DNA of 61,708 nucleotides, counting the filler, from Platydemus manokwari (taxonomy: Eukaryota): assembly GCA_037951405.1 (NCBI GenBank). It is 5 parts of 5 records of this genome, joined end to end, with 100 filler letters (N's around TTAATTAATTAA, not from the genome) between each part and the next. Parts side by side here need not be neighbours in the genome. Positions count along the whole stretch, not along the records: positions 1 to 10,542 come from JBBMOY011125774.1; positions 10,643 to 22,000 come from JBBMOY010737759.1; 3 more parts are not named here. One strand, given 5' to 3'. Shown one piece after another: positions 1-13,600 of the stretch. The position numbers were made by a program, and so were the translations under genes. Positions within the stretch are counted from its first letter, which is position 1. Every line of letters starts with the position of its first letter. The notes beneath the pieces are model-generated. The model saw only the letters and a list, made by a program, of their open reading frames with translations. It did not search any database and was not told the DNA's origin.

Positions 1-229
1 TTTATTTTTATTTTAAATATTTAAAAAGTACTGGATGGTTATCACTTCTTTAATATTCAAAGGAAATAGCAAATAAGATTCAAACTTGGTAGATACATGA
101 AAAAGTATCAATGCAACACTTATTTAGATTCAGAATGAATTAATTATATATTCATAGAACAAAGTGATGAAAAAAACAAAGTATATAATTGAACTAAACT
201 AATTATATTAAAGATAATTGGTCAACTTT

Positions 230-905
230 ACACAGCTCGACATTCACTTAAAGTCTCTAATAGTGGAAATAAATTACACCTTTCCCGTAAGATTGAAAAA
301 ATGACCAACTGATAGTTTTTCTTGGTTTTCGTATTTTGCATGATTCACGATCTTACTAATATACTTATGTTTTTATCACCATCTTAGTTCTTTATCTTTA
401 TTCTAATCTAAGAATTTGTCTTGTTATACTCGACACAACATTTTGTTAAAGACACTTCTTTTCTTCATAATCCACCTTTGCATAACGTCTTTTTAGGATT
501 CTGTGCTTTATGGCATATTGTTCAATATGCGGAAACTGTGATATTGCATTTGCGTTGAAATGATCTTTCCATTTCAAAGATTTGCAGCTCTGGTTTCCAT
601 ATACAGAATTGTGAATTATTGGTAGAATCGAATACGTGACCCATTTCTGAGCTGCGTTATCAGTTCTGTCAATAAAATTTTTGCCATATAGGTTGTGCTT
701 AAAATTTTTAACAAAGGTATATATGGTTAACAACTTTTTTCTTGTTATACAATACTTACGCTGCCACTTGTCAGTATTCTCTGTACATATGTCATCACTT
801 GTTCTTCACTGTTTGTATCTGACAAAACATGGCTTCTGTAGCACAGAAAGATGCATCAGTATCCAAAACATATTCCCCTTCTTTGCATGATAAACTTAAA
901 ACTGG
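230..905 (-). mobile_element. Ty3/gypsy LTR retrotransposon pol relic (RNase H and downstream linker), degenerate
   Basis: Minus strand reads CKEGEYVLDTDASF...RKYCITRKKLLTIYTFVKNFKHNLYGKNFIDRTDNAAQKW...HFNANAISQ, matching gypsy RNase H motifs (TDAS, YLYGxxFxxRTDH, NADALSR); stops and frameshifts; DNA resembles the + copy at 1655-1990. Ends approximate. Confidence 0.8.
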
Positions 906-949
906 TGGCGAAATTAATCACGTTTTCAATTTGTGACTTGGGAAAATTC

Positions 950-3300
950 GAGATCTCAAAACAAAGCATAAAAACTGAAAGCATAAATACTGATCAACCA
1001 AACAACACAAAATTCTAGTAGCATTAGATAAGATTAAACACGTGGTAGATGACATGTTGGAATCAAACTTTGTTATTCCAATTAATTCAAAATGAAAAGA
1101 AGAAAGAAGAAGCCACATATTTTTCAACAATAGATTTGGTAAATGGTTATCATAAAGAAGCAAAAGCAAAAACAGCATTCAGCACTAGATAAGGACAGTT
1201 TCAGTTTAATCGAATACCCTTTGGATAATGTTCAGCACCTGCAAATTTTCAGAAATTCATGAATGTCGTATTGATGACTGAAATTGGACAAATAGTATAA
1301 TTTATTTGGATAATATTCTGATATTTGGAAGAACAGTCAATAAACACAATGGAAGGTTGGGAAAAGTTTGGAATTACTCCAAAAAAATTATGTATTTAGG
1401 CCATGTGATTGACGAAAATGGCAAACAAACAGATGAAGCCAACTTGGGGTTATAAAAAATCTGTTAAAATCTCAATATATCAAAGAACTACAGGAATTTA
1501 TGGGATTATGTGGTCATTATATGCATTTTACAATTGATTTTGCTGGTATTTCCCAACCACTAAACCAATTACTGAAGAAAGAAAGTAAATTTGAGTGGAA
1601 CGATTCAGCAATTGAAAAACGTTTTTAATTTCGCCAACAATTTTAAGTTTATTATGTAAAGGAGGAAAATATATTTTGGATACTGATGCACCTTTTGGTG
1701 CTATAGGAGCAGTGTTTTCTCAGATAGGAAATGATGAAGAACGAGTAATAGCTTGAAATGGAAGTAGATTATAGAAAACATCAGTCCAGATACAATATCA
1801 CAATTTCTTCATTATGAACAATGCTCTATAAAGCATCAAAACCAACAAAAAAGACTTAATATAATACTAAGAAAAATGTGAAATATCTTGCAACGAAGAT
1901 GAGAAAGTTTTGTGTAGAATAGAACTAGACAGGTTTTTAGATCAGAATAAAGATGAAGACCTGAAAATGGTGATAAATGCAATGCTCAGCGAAAGTGCTA
2001 TACAGTTATCAAAAATTCCATGTTATAAGAATATCTGGGAAAAAAGGAATAATTGAGGATTAGAGATGATGCATTACTCTATGAGAAGAAAGGAATTTAT
2101 CGTTATATAGTACCTCAGTATGATACGAAAACTTGTGTTCAAATGATTTATGAAAGATTTGGACATTTCGGGGTTGAAAAAATAACTGGAGTGCTTCCCC
2201 AGGCTAGCGGAAAGATATTCACAAATACGTACATTCATCTGCTAAGGAAATTGGTGGAAGAAATACAACTAAATTGCAATCAATAATTACGAGTAATTCG
2301 TTCAAAATTATTAGTATCGATATTGCAGAGCCGTAGGCTGAAATGAAACAAGAAAAACGATTTATACTAGGTATTATGGATTATTTTTCCAAATAATCCC
2401 TAAAGGCGCATCACTGCAAAACACGTGGCCAAAGTATTATTGAAAGAATCAATATGCATACACTCCGAACAACGGAACAAATTTTCAATCGATATTGATA
2501 TCTGAATTATGCATCAGTATGGAAATAAAGAGAATATTTTCTTCCCCAGATTGTCCACATTCAAATGGACTAATTGAGAGAACTTTAAAAACCGTGAAAA
2601 GCGTGATCACATCATCACTGAAGAATTGCTCGTGCTCGGAGTATGTAATAACACGTTGAATATGGATTACCGATGTCGCCTCCCAAATCAATGAAATTTG
2701 CCATTCGAATTTATTTTCAGAAGAAAACCATGGCTACTTACTAATAAGGCAAGACCATATAAAAGGAAGACTATGGAAGAGTTTATGAATCATCATAAGA
2801 AAATTCTTGAAAAAGTGCAGAACTATAATAAGAATCAGAGTGAAGCAAACAGAATACTATAACCGAGGGACAATATCCCATGAATTATTAGTTGGTGATA
2901 TAGTTATTGTTGAAAATCCGTTTTACAAACAATTTGGTAAAAGATTTGTAGACTCATTGAAGTTCTTAGAAAAAATAAATGCATTGATTTTTAAACTCCA
3001 TAATAAGAAGCATAATAAAATTATTTAAAGAAACTATAATCAAGTAAAGAAATAGAGATAATATCGAAACGATGATGCAGGAAGAGATAATGATATCAGT
3101 ATTGAAAGTATGGACAAGCGGCCAAGCATCATCAACAAAAATGATGACTTAAAAATATGATACTACCAAACAATGGTGAGAGAATGAAGAAGTCTACCAG
3201 AAATAGGAAACCTGCAAGATATCTGAATTCCCTAGACACCCGCTTTTCCGAAGACGGACGGATGTGATGTATGTATGTATTAATATTTTTATAAATCCGA
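950..3300 (+). mobile_element. Ty3/gypsy LTR retrotransposon relic (RT, RNase H, integrase, PPT and start of 3' LTR)
   Basis: Fragmented frames give YLDNILIFG (RT, ~1303), YLGHVI, QEFMGLCGHY, ILDTDAPFGAIGAVFSQ (RNase H, ~1668), IVPQ...GHFGVEK, FILGIMDYFSK, HSNGLIERTLKT (integrase); purine-rich GAAGACGGACGGA directly before TG at 3263. Confidence 0.85.
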
Positions 3301-4864
3301 ATATATTTGTAGATACTTTTGGGTAAATAAATATTAATATTATTCTAATCTTACGCTTATATTGGTATTATTCGTAGATTTATTGATACTATTTGTACTT
3401 TATTTTTTTAATTTTTCACTCTTATTTATTTTTATTTTTTAATTTTGATATTTTTTAATTAATTTAATTTTAATGTCTGAATTATTAGTGATTTATGGAA
3501 AAATGAGTATAAGCTTTTATTGTTAGATGAATCGTAATTTTGATTTTTATGAATTATTTTATTAGTAAAAGGTTATAATTTCGAAAGTTCGTTAATAATT
3601 GATTAGTATAATAAATTAATAAAACAATTAAAATAAATAATTATTGACAACAAATTGTTAATGTTATTCAATAGTGAATGCAAATAATGATTATATTATA
3701 TTTTCCAAGAAGTAACTCTTGGTGAATTCATGATTAAATGTTTGATTATTGTGTAATTTTAGCGGAATCCAATAAACAATAATAATAAATAATAAACCTC
3801 TCCATCATTTATTTGTAAAATAATACTATATAAATACAACTATAAAATCATAATTTTTGACCTTGTATCGTCTTAGGCTAATGCAACTCGAGTTTCTTAC
3901 TGAAAACTATTTGACTTAATTGAAAGCGCTTTCTTCGGTGAAAGTATCGGTATTATTCCTGATTGCAAGATCCAATTACTTTAATCGGTTTCATCTTAGA
4001 TAAGCATATAACTCTGATATTTTGAGCTAGAACCGGTGGTAAACATTTATATTTTATTAGTCTAAGCTTTCCTTCATTTTAGTAGTTTTATAGGCTCTAG
4101 TCCACATATTAAGGTGGTTACCAGAACTGGTTGTTCAATAGTCATTTGGTTCATCAAATTTCTTAAATATAAAACATTTTTTATAATCAAATTTTTACTT
4201 TCTCGTTTAACTGTGGCTGTTTTAAACAAGTCGAATCATCGATTGATCACATATTTGACAAATGCAGGGTTTCTACGTTGTGTAGTTAACATAAATATGA
4301 ATATAATTCAGAATACAAAATAAACAGACTTTTTAATCCGAATTGATTTTGCAATAAAAGGTTATTAATGTCGTCGATAGTTAGAGTGAGTTGAATAATG
4401 CTTAGTACCCTGTGAATTCTCATATAAAAAGTGGGCGAGTTGAATACGACCCTCAGATTTTCTGCATCTAGTTCTCTGGTTAATGTTTTCTCCCGATAAT
4501 TAAATGTTTTCTCTTTATTTCATTATTTAAAGTTATTTAATTAACAATTTACCTTAATTAACACAGCAAAGTTCTGATTGCTAACTTACACAAATTTGAT
4601 AAATAGATGTAGGTGCACTAATGCCGATGTCATTTAATATACTAAATTGTTTATATTTTTATTAAAGAAAGTTCAGATATAATTAACCTACTCTCTGGGG
4701 AAAGATCGAGCAGAAACAACTCATTCAACGGAAATAAATCTTTAAGAATAAATTAAAAATAAATAACAATTCTGCATTTTCTGACCTCTACCATATAATG
4801 AATAATATTTAAAATTTTAAATATTAAATTTATTTGAAAAAACGATTGTGCTTGCAATTCTCAG

Positions 4865-6002
4865 CAAGTTAACATCATCCTATCTTTTGGAAAAATCAAC
4901 TTGTCTGAGTTTAAATTGTGTAAAAATTGGACAACTTTCGATTTTTTAACATTTGTAATTGTGCTTATAAATAAAACTTTGTTATTAAATATTGTTATTT
5001 AATTTTAAAAGCAAGAAATTGCATTTACACATAAGAACTCATGCTGTTGAGTTTGCGCATTAACAAAAAAATACCACAAAGCTAACAGTTGAGAGATTAT
5101 ATCTAGTTTCCAAATTATGATAAGTGTAACTCCTTTGTGGTAATCGTCGCTCTTTCAAAGTCTCTGTTAATTCGGTCTAACGCATCAATGATTCAATTCG
5201 ATTCTGATTTATCTCTTGCTTTCATGAGCTTATATAGTCATCGTTATCATGATAATGTAGGTTGTATTTCTTATTCTTATTATTTTAAATTTCGAAATAA
5301 TTAATAAATGTTTCATCTACATGTAATTTCTTCAAATAATGTTATTTTAATCACATTGAAAAGATAAATGATTAATAAAGATAAGAAAAGAAATCTCTAA
5401 AAATTTAATTTTTTCTAAAATTTTTAATTATTATTTTGTTAACGTGCCCTTAAATTGATAATGTATTATTTTTAAATTTGACAGCAGTGATAAAAATTTC
5501 CATTACCAAGGTGTTATTTGATTGAAAAATAATTTACATCACAATTATTTCTATATTCTTTCTATAATTAATTTATTTTATTGTCATAATCGTGGAGTCT
5601 GAGCGGGAGTCTACTTACAAAAAATTAACCAGAGCCACAAATTTACATTTATCTTAGTTCGTTCATTATCATAATTCTAAATAATATTAATAAGATGTGA
5701 AAAAATTTAAATTTTAAAAGCACTTAAAATGATTAATAAAATAATATAAATTTCTTTAGCATTATGATCCTACACTACTCAATTCCGAAAGAAATGGACA
5801 CGTATCTTTTAATGTCAACGATATCATCCTAGATGGCTTTGTGAAAAACAATGGAGTACAAGAGCTTGGAAGCATTGCCTATGAACCAAATAATTATTTG
5901 GAAATGGATGATTACCAAAGAAGGTAACTACTATTTAAAATATCTAATGTCTAAAGAATTTTATTCAGATCGTTGAATAAACGAGATTATGTAGCTAATT
6001 AA
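4865..6002 (+). CDS. Putative small spliced gene of unknown function (exons ~4865-4954?, 5107-5256, 5760-5923, 5969-6002)
   Basis: Stop-free, phase-compatible exons with AG/GT boundaries: FPNYDKCNSF...HRYHDN | HYDPTLL...EMDDYQR | RSLNKRDYVAN*. No family motif recognised; 5' structure uncertain. Confidence 0.4.
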
Positions 6003-9000
6003 AGTTTTTTGGTATGACTTCAAAAATACAATTTGTTTTAAGTAATTTTAACAATTTATACTTAAAATACTCTAGGCATGTATCTATATAAAAATTTCTA
6101 TTTCTTCAATCTGCTCTATATCTACTTTATATCATTTTTGTATTATTCATTAATCTTCTCTGCCTTTATTTACATTTTTTTATTTCCATGCCATAGATCT
6201 TCTCGAAATTGAATTCAAATGCGCAGTTGCCAAGTAAACTGCTACTAATTATAAAAGCACGTATTGTATACAAAATATAAAGTCAACGCACCACATTGTA
6301 TTTAACTACATCATTTTTAATTCTCATAATGTGAATTTATTGATATTATGTACTCATTTTTCATTAATTTTCTCACTATTACTGATACCATTTTGCCTTA
6401 ATATGATATTTAAATATAAATTATAAATAAATCTTATAAATAAATATATAAATAAAAGTTATCTGCACATGTTTGTCGAATAATAAACAGTAATGGGGGT
6501 TTGACGAAAAAATAACCAGAATACGAAGATACGACAATGACATTGTCAACCCAATTACGTGAACATAAATAATATTAAATTTAATATCAATAAATTTATG
6601 ATAAATAATAAAAATGATAATGAAAATAATAAGTATTATGATAAAGATAATCAGTATTTCTTAATTGAGTTTAAAGTTTACTGGTCCAAAATCTTGGTTT
6701 TTAAATTCGTATACTTCAATAAAACAAAAAAATTGCAATTTCGTAATCCCTTTCATAAATATTGTTACAAAATCTATTTTTAAACTTAATGAGAAAGCAC
6801 GAGTTCAAACCATTTTTTTTGAATTAAAACTTTCCGCTCATTTGCATAAATATGACAGGCGGGCTGAAAGATTAATTGAAGGAAGCCCTAACCACAGGGA
6901 GATTTTGCTAAGAAAATTATTATTATATAAGAAATAAAATTAATAAATATTTAAATAAGCAGTACTTATATCAACATAAATTTTTCTTATTTCACTTCAT
7001 TAAAACAAAATAATTGATTTAAAAATTTTTGGAAACCATTTTAAATTCTAGTTTATATAAAAGTAAAATGTTTGAAAGGAATATTAAGGAACATTCTTCA
7101 TGGAAACGGTTGAATTAAGGAATTAAAATTTGATTTGTTTAAATTTACTACTGGAATAAAGAATATACATATATTGCTATGATGAGTTTTAATAATAATT
7201 GAAACATGACGATGAGAATGATTCGTTCTGGGTATTCTTTTGGGAAATTCCAAAAAGCGGTAAATAATTTTGTGTTATAGATTCTAAATCATTTTCCATC
7301 TCTCTCTCTTCTCTCTGTGTTTGTTCAATGAACCAAAATCGGTGGAAATTTTATTTCGATCAGAAAATATTTAACGGTTTTATTTAATGACTTTCATTGA
7401 ATATTTATGCAAATTTTTCATGTCGATACTTGAATCGAAAAATAATTAAATTCTTTTTTTGATTTCCCCACTTGTTTATCGTTTTATATCCAAAGATTAG
7501 CCAAATAGAACGCTGATTAACGAATATCGTATTTTCGTAATTTAATAATAAAAAATTTCTTTCACAAGTCGTTCCTGTTGCAATATAAGACCCATTGATA
7601 TTTGGTGTGCATGAAAAATTAAAATGTTAAGAACCATAATATTATCCTTGATATTAATCATTAAAATTATTTTTTGATAGATATATTTGGTCTATAATGA
7701 TGCTTATTAAGTTTTTCTCAATTTCGTATTAGCTCATATAAAAATAAAAGTACATTTGATAAGAATATGTTGATCGGTATTAGACAAATGATATATAATC
7801 CAAAATAATCCACCAATTGAAGAGATTACTGAATTTCGAAATACATTAATGCCATTAGTAAACAATTTGATCTTTTCTAAGTTCATTTACAAAATCTTTT
7901 TTGGCTATAATTGTTTCGATGCTATTTGTCAAATATTAGTAATATAACTATATTTTCAAATAAATAAAAGCAAAATATTATTTTTCACATCTTAAACAAT
8001 GATTGAACTTGAACTTTGTTGGTCAAAGCTTTTCAATTTTTGTCAAATCTGAAATAATTCATTCTGTGTGATCGTAAAATTATGTTGTGTTTATAGTTCA
8101 AGTGGCTGAACAAATCTGAATATTTTTATTTGTTATTGAGCTGTTTAAAAGAGTGGGCGTTGCTTTTTTTCTTCAATATTTTTTTTATTTAATTCTTATG
8201 TATAAAGTAAAAAAAATAGATTGCTAATGTATTCCGAACGAAACTGCTAATAATATTCTGACAATGAGATTCATTTATTGGCTATTCAAAAATTAATACT
8301 AAATAATGATAATAATATTAATAGTAATTATCTCAAACAAAAGATAATTTAAAAATATTAAAAAAAATTAAAAATATCAATATCTGAACTCAGTATTTAT
8401 ATCAACAATTATATCCAATCACATCAACATGATAAATCAGATATTCGGAATATTTGAAATAATTAGTTAGATAATTTCACTTCAATCACCGATTTATTCA
8501 ATATGAACTGTGGCATTGTTTTAATGCCATAATTCAACTTATCAATTATCGTAAATATTAATGAATGATAATTATAAAATTGGTTTTTAAATATTTTTTG
8601 CTATCAACACCAGCAAACCATGTAAAAAACTTTGGAAATTAAAGTCATTGCCTTCCAATAAAAAAATAAAAATGACAATTTTTTCAGGTTCTATTTTCTT
8701 TAAATTTACAACGATAATGATTTAAAAAATAATATTATATTGTTTAATTAAATAAAATTGCTTTAATTTCATTATCAATAACTATTTTAATAAATTACGC
8801 AGTTGTTTGTACAGGAATTTATTGTGATTATATAAGATTATATTTCAAATCAAAATCATTGAAATGCAGTATTTTGCATTTAAATTGAAGGGATTAACTG
8901 ATTTTGAACAAAAATCCAATTTCGACAGTAATGTAAATAATGATGAATGTTAATGGGATGGTAATGGATTCGATTACACCAATAATTGAATTTTGTAATT

Positions 9001-10542
9001 ACGAATTCGAGATTCTATGAAATACTGATAAAAATCTGATCGATCAGTGGAAATGATTTAACAATAAACATCCATATGAGTAAAGCTGTATTGAAAATGA
9101 ACCTTTATCTCAACTTTAGCGAGAACAATATTGCATCATATCGTACTATTTTATAATATACTCCATCGCCTAGAAGTGTATGACGTAATCATTGCACTTA
9201 TCACATCATTACATGTGATATATCAATAATTAATAAAGTTATGGTTATAAATTAAAAACATTTTACAAAAATTGATTTAACAACCATATGAACGTGATGA
9301 CAATTATTATTATGCCAAAATAATTATTATTGATGATTATTATTATTAATAATTATGACATTAAGAATAATTTATTCAAGAAATAAATCGAAAAAATTCC
9401 CATTTATAATGAAGCAGCCATTCCCCAATATTAGTTAGCAATCGTCAGCACTCTTTCATTCTGAAAGAAATCAATTAATATTTAAGAATGAACCAATGAG
9501 AAAAATACGATAAATAGTTATTAAATTTTTATAAAATTAACTTATTAAAATATAATTAATAATATGACAAATCATATTTGGAAATCTTTCTTAATTTATT
9601 CATCGATTAATTTCATTGTTTGTTTTTTGTTAAAATTTGATTTGAATCAATTCTGATTAAAAAACAATATCGATATTGATTTTGTTTTGGACAATGAATG
9701 AAAAACATCAAATCAAGATTAACAATTCAACAAAAGATTGACAAATATAATTTAATGAATTCATAAATAGATGAGATGATATTCAAGTAGTGAATACGAT
9801 TGGTATGATGGTGGCACAAAAAAGCAGATCACATGGTTAGAGAAATGAGAAATATATGTTTATGAAGTATAATTTTAAATTAATTGATTTTTCATGCCTT
9901 GGTATGGATTTTAGTGAAATTTGGGAGTGTAAACCTATTGGAATTACACTATTAAAGAAGGTATATAGTGAAAATCTTAGGAATTTTAAATATGTATGAA
10001 GACTATAGTGAAATACATAATATTTGTCATTATTCATAATTATATTATTATCTTTTATTATAATTCGTTTCACAGTCGTTTTAATCATCAATAAACTTTT
10101 ATTTTGTAATTTAATTACTTAAAATAATTTAATGAAACGCATAATATTTGATAATCTTCTTTAGATTGCTTACAAATACATAATGTTCAACATATGCCAC
10201 CAGTATTCACCATTTTGTACCGTGTTCTGTAAGTACCTGATCAGCAGCAGACACTCACATCCACGCAGACATACTTTTGCAACTCCATCAATGGTAATTT
10301 AAAGATGGTAGTTACTGCCGATCCCAGGTTTAACATGTTTACATTTTCAGGTTCTATTAATTAACTTGTTTAGCTCCAAGCAGGTGCTAATTGAATTGAT
10401 TTTTATCCTATTTGGGTCAAATAATAATATGGGGGACAGAAAAGTAACAATTGAGAGGGGTCAATGTAACAACTGGTTTGATCACAAGACGTAAAGCATT
10501 TAATGTCAGGAGGAACCAAAATGCATGGTGCATGTCTGGTGC

Positions 10543-10642
10543 NNNNNNNNNNNNNNNNNNNNNNNNNNNNNNNNNNNNNNNNNNNNTTAATTAATTAANN
10601 NNNNNNNNNNNNNNNNNNNNNNNNNNNNNNNNNNNNNNNNNN
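10543..10642. other. Assembly spacer 44N-TTAATTAATTAA-44N
   Basis: Exactly 100 nt with a central six-frame stop linker; same structure at 22001-22100, 31300-31399 and 44617-44716. Confidence 0.97.
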
Positions 10643-10699
10643 ACTTATTTTTTAAGCGAGTTATAGTCTTTTAAAGTTGCTGTTAGATAACGGCCATTA

Positions 10700-13600
10700 T
10701 TTTTGCACCAACCTAATACATCTTATAAACAACAAACAATAACACTAATAATAGAAATACCTGTACTGGTATTCCTATTACGTGTGTACAAGACTTCATT
10801 TTTCTGTTATTGTGTGTTAGATATATTGGTGGGGCTGTTTATTGGAGGCCAGCCTCCTTCGTTATGTGAGATTTATATAACATATATGATTCTATAATAG
10901 AAGTAGAAACGAAAAGTGAAGCCAACTCATTTGAACTCTTATTATCTAACCCTACTCATCTCAAGACTTCATAATTCTGTGGATCCCACAGTCCTAAACA
11001 ATCTACGTTTAACACATGCACACTTACTGAAGTTCTGGATTGCCCAGCTATATGAACCACCAGATCTTCATACTTTCGGTAGTTTCGCTCTAATTTATTC
11101 CTAAAGTTTTCTTCCTTATCAAGTGGAACCTTAAGATCTACGAGGAATGTATGTTATTTCATGTTTTTACTACTCGAAGTTTGGATTATTAAGTCAGGAC
11201 GCAAAGAAGTCTTCACCTCAGCTGGCGACCAGTCGTCGTCTACATTATATCCTAAAGCAATAAGCCTTTAAGACAAAATTTCAAGTACTCCATTATGCTT
11301 AGAGGCCGCTACATAAGGATTACCAATGCAATGGTTGAGTACGTGGTCCACTGCAGTACCGCATCGACGGCAATTTAAATCTCCACCCTGGATTACACGG
11401 AAAGGCCGGAAATTTAGCGGTAAAAAGTTAATTCTAACCAAGACGAGGAAGTTTCAAACCTGTGGTGACAATACAATTGAGCTCAAAACTCCCATTGAAA
11501 CCTTAGATAGCGCAACAGTCTTAACTAACATACCCTGGCACTTTTTCTCAGTTTAAGAGATAAAACTTAAGAAACCAAACCTATAATGAAGAATAGAACA
11601 CAATTTATCCTTCTCTTTGTTGCCTATCATATATTGTAAATCCCTACAGATAACCTTAACAAATAAATTTCCTTCAAGCAAGACAAACTTACAATCTATT
11701 CCTCTCTTTCGCAGAGCCCGGACTCCCAACCTAACCTTCGACCACCAAGAGCCCGGTCCAGCATGTTCATCATTAATTGTGTTATTTAGCCAGTCTAGAG
11801 CCCTATGGAATTGGTCAACTTCAGAACGATTGAAGCGCTTGTTTACTACTGCGATCAATCTCTTTTTCATAAAAGAAGCAAAGACAGAGTCCGAGCTGTT
11901 CAACAACCGAAAACTTCCCACTATACTCTGAATATAATGGTCGATCTCTGCTGGCATAAGGCCAAGACCACCCAACTTTCTGCAGGTATACAAAAAGTCA
12001 TTATTTGCTGACGGATAAAAGCTAATTCCTATCATTTTTCTAACTAACTGTCTAATCTTTTCATCGAACCCGAATTCCATGGGCTTACCACCCATTTGCC
12101 TCTTGTGTAGAGAGAAAAAAGATAGAATACTGAGCTCTCTGTTTCTGAGGTGTAATGGTAGTCTAGAGTGTAGAAACACTCTAAAGGCGTTTAGCTATTG
12201 GCTCGGATGTATGTCCGAGTTACAAATCACTTCGAAGTCAGAGATGACATTATTTAAAATGTCATCAATATCTTTTCTCTTTGGGGAACCAAACAGAACT
12301 TTCATCCACTACTGGAATATCACTATCGTATATTCTGAAAACCGTTCTTTTCACTACAGAAATATCCACATTTACTTGGATTAAAGGCAAGATAAGCCTT
12401 ACTAGTCAGATACACAATTCTATCTAAACTATTAGCAATCCTTGTTACAACTACCAAATTGTCAGCACAAGCCAATATGGAAATTTCCATATTAGATAAT
12501 GTGAAAGGTCTCGGAAAATTATTGCAAGACTTAATAAGGAAATCTATCGATAAACAGAACAATGTCATCAATAAGGGGCAACCTTGTTTGACACCTTTAA
12601 CCAAATCAATAGACGGAGTGATTATATTCCCACGCCAGTATACAAATTTTTCAGAAGATTGATTGTGTTGGATGCACAACCCATCTTTTCCAGAGTCAAC
12701 CAAATTAACTCATAAGGCAAGCTAGGAAATGCATCCTTAGGAGCTAACCAAACGAAATGGCGATTCGCCCTTGACATTTTACAAGATTCGTAAATGGATT
12801 GAAGGCACGCATTGAGCTCAGCACAACCATCCACAGACAAGAGTGCTTTTTGATTCCCAAAGATTAAATATCCATTGGTAATCCAATGGAGCATGCGCTT
12901 GTTAATAATGTTACAAAACAATCTATAGGACGTGTCCATTAGCGCAATTGTTGCCAAGATGACACTAAGTGTGCTTGCAAATTATTCAGTGGTTTCAATA
13001 TGAGATAAGTCTTAAATTCTTTCCACTGACTCGGCACACGCCTTGAATTTAATACTATATCAAAGAATTTATGCAAAAACACAAATTTCGGATCAATCTC
13101 ACACCAATCCTTGAATAACAAGCCATCATTACCAAAAGGAGAGTTTTTCGAGGTTTTGAAAACAGAGGCAATTTATCCAACAGAAATTGGCTCATTTGTG
13201 AAAAGGTCTTCTGAATAAGGAAAGTCGATATTCAAATTAGAAAGAGGCAGTGGAGGTTGATGTGTAAAATGAGAGGTAATATCTTCAACAGATGGTAAAA
13301 TTGTTGGAGTAGTAGAAGATAACAACTTCTTTATTACTTTCTTTGGAATCACTATATACTCTTTTCTTAACTCAAAAATAGATTTAGAAGGTTCTACTTT
13401 TCCATCTGACATATATCTAATTTTGGATCGAAACCTATCAGGATATATACGAGATATTGCCTTTCTACCAAATTCAAGGACCTTAGTCAAATTCACATAA
13501 ATGTAATCCATCAACATCATCGCCTCAGAGAGGAGAGGGAAGACCAGACGACGATAAACTAGTTTTTCATGTCCGTGTTTCCTATTTAATAAGTATGTCA

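Noticed and set aside
3860-4740. Possible LINE or Penelope 3' remnant
   Set aside because: No convincing protein or ribozyme motif.
6559-10091. Short Asn/Ile/Lys/Phe-rich ORFs
   Set aside because: Composition expected by chance in very AT-rich DNA; no motifs or consistent splice structure.
10587-10598. TTAATTAATTAA palindrome repeated four times in the window
   Set aside because: Always centred in 44+44 Ns; an artificial six-frame stop linker, not biology.
11617-12662. Plus-strand ORFs over the retroelement RT
   Set aside because: Antisense shadows of the minus-strand coding sequence; no motifs.
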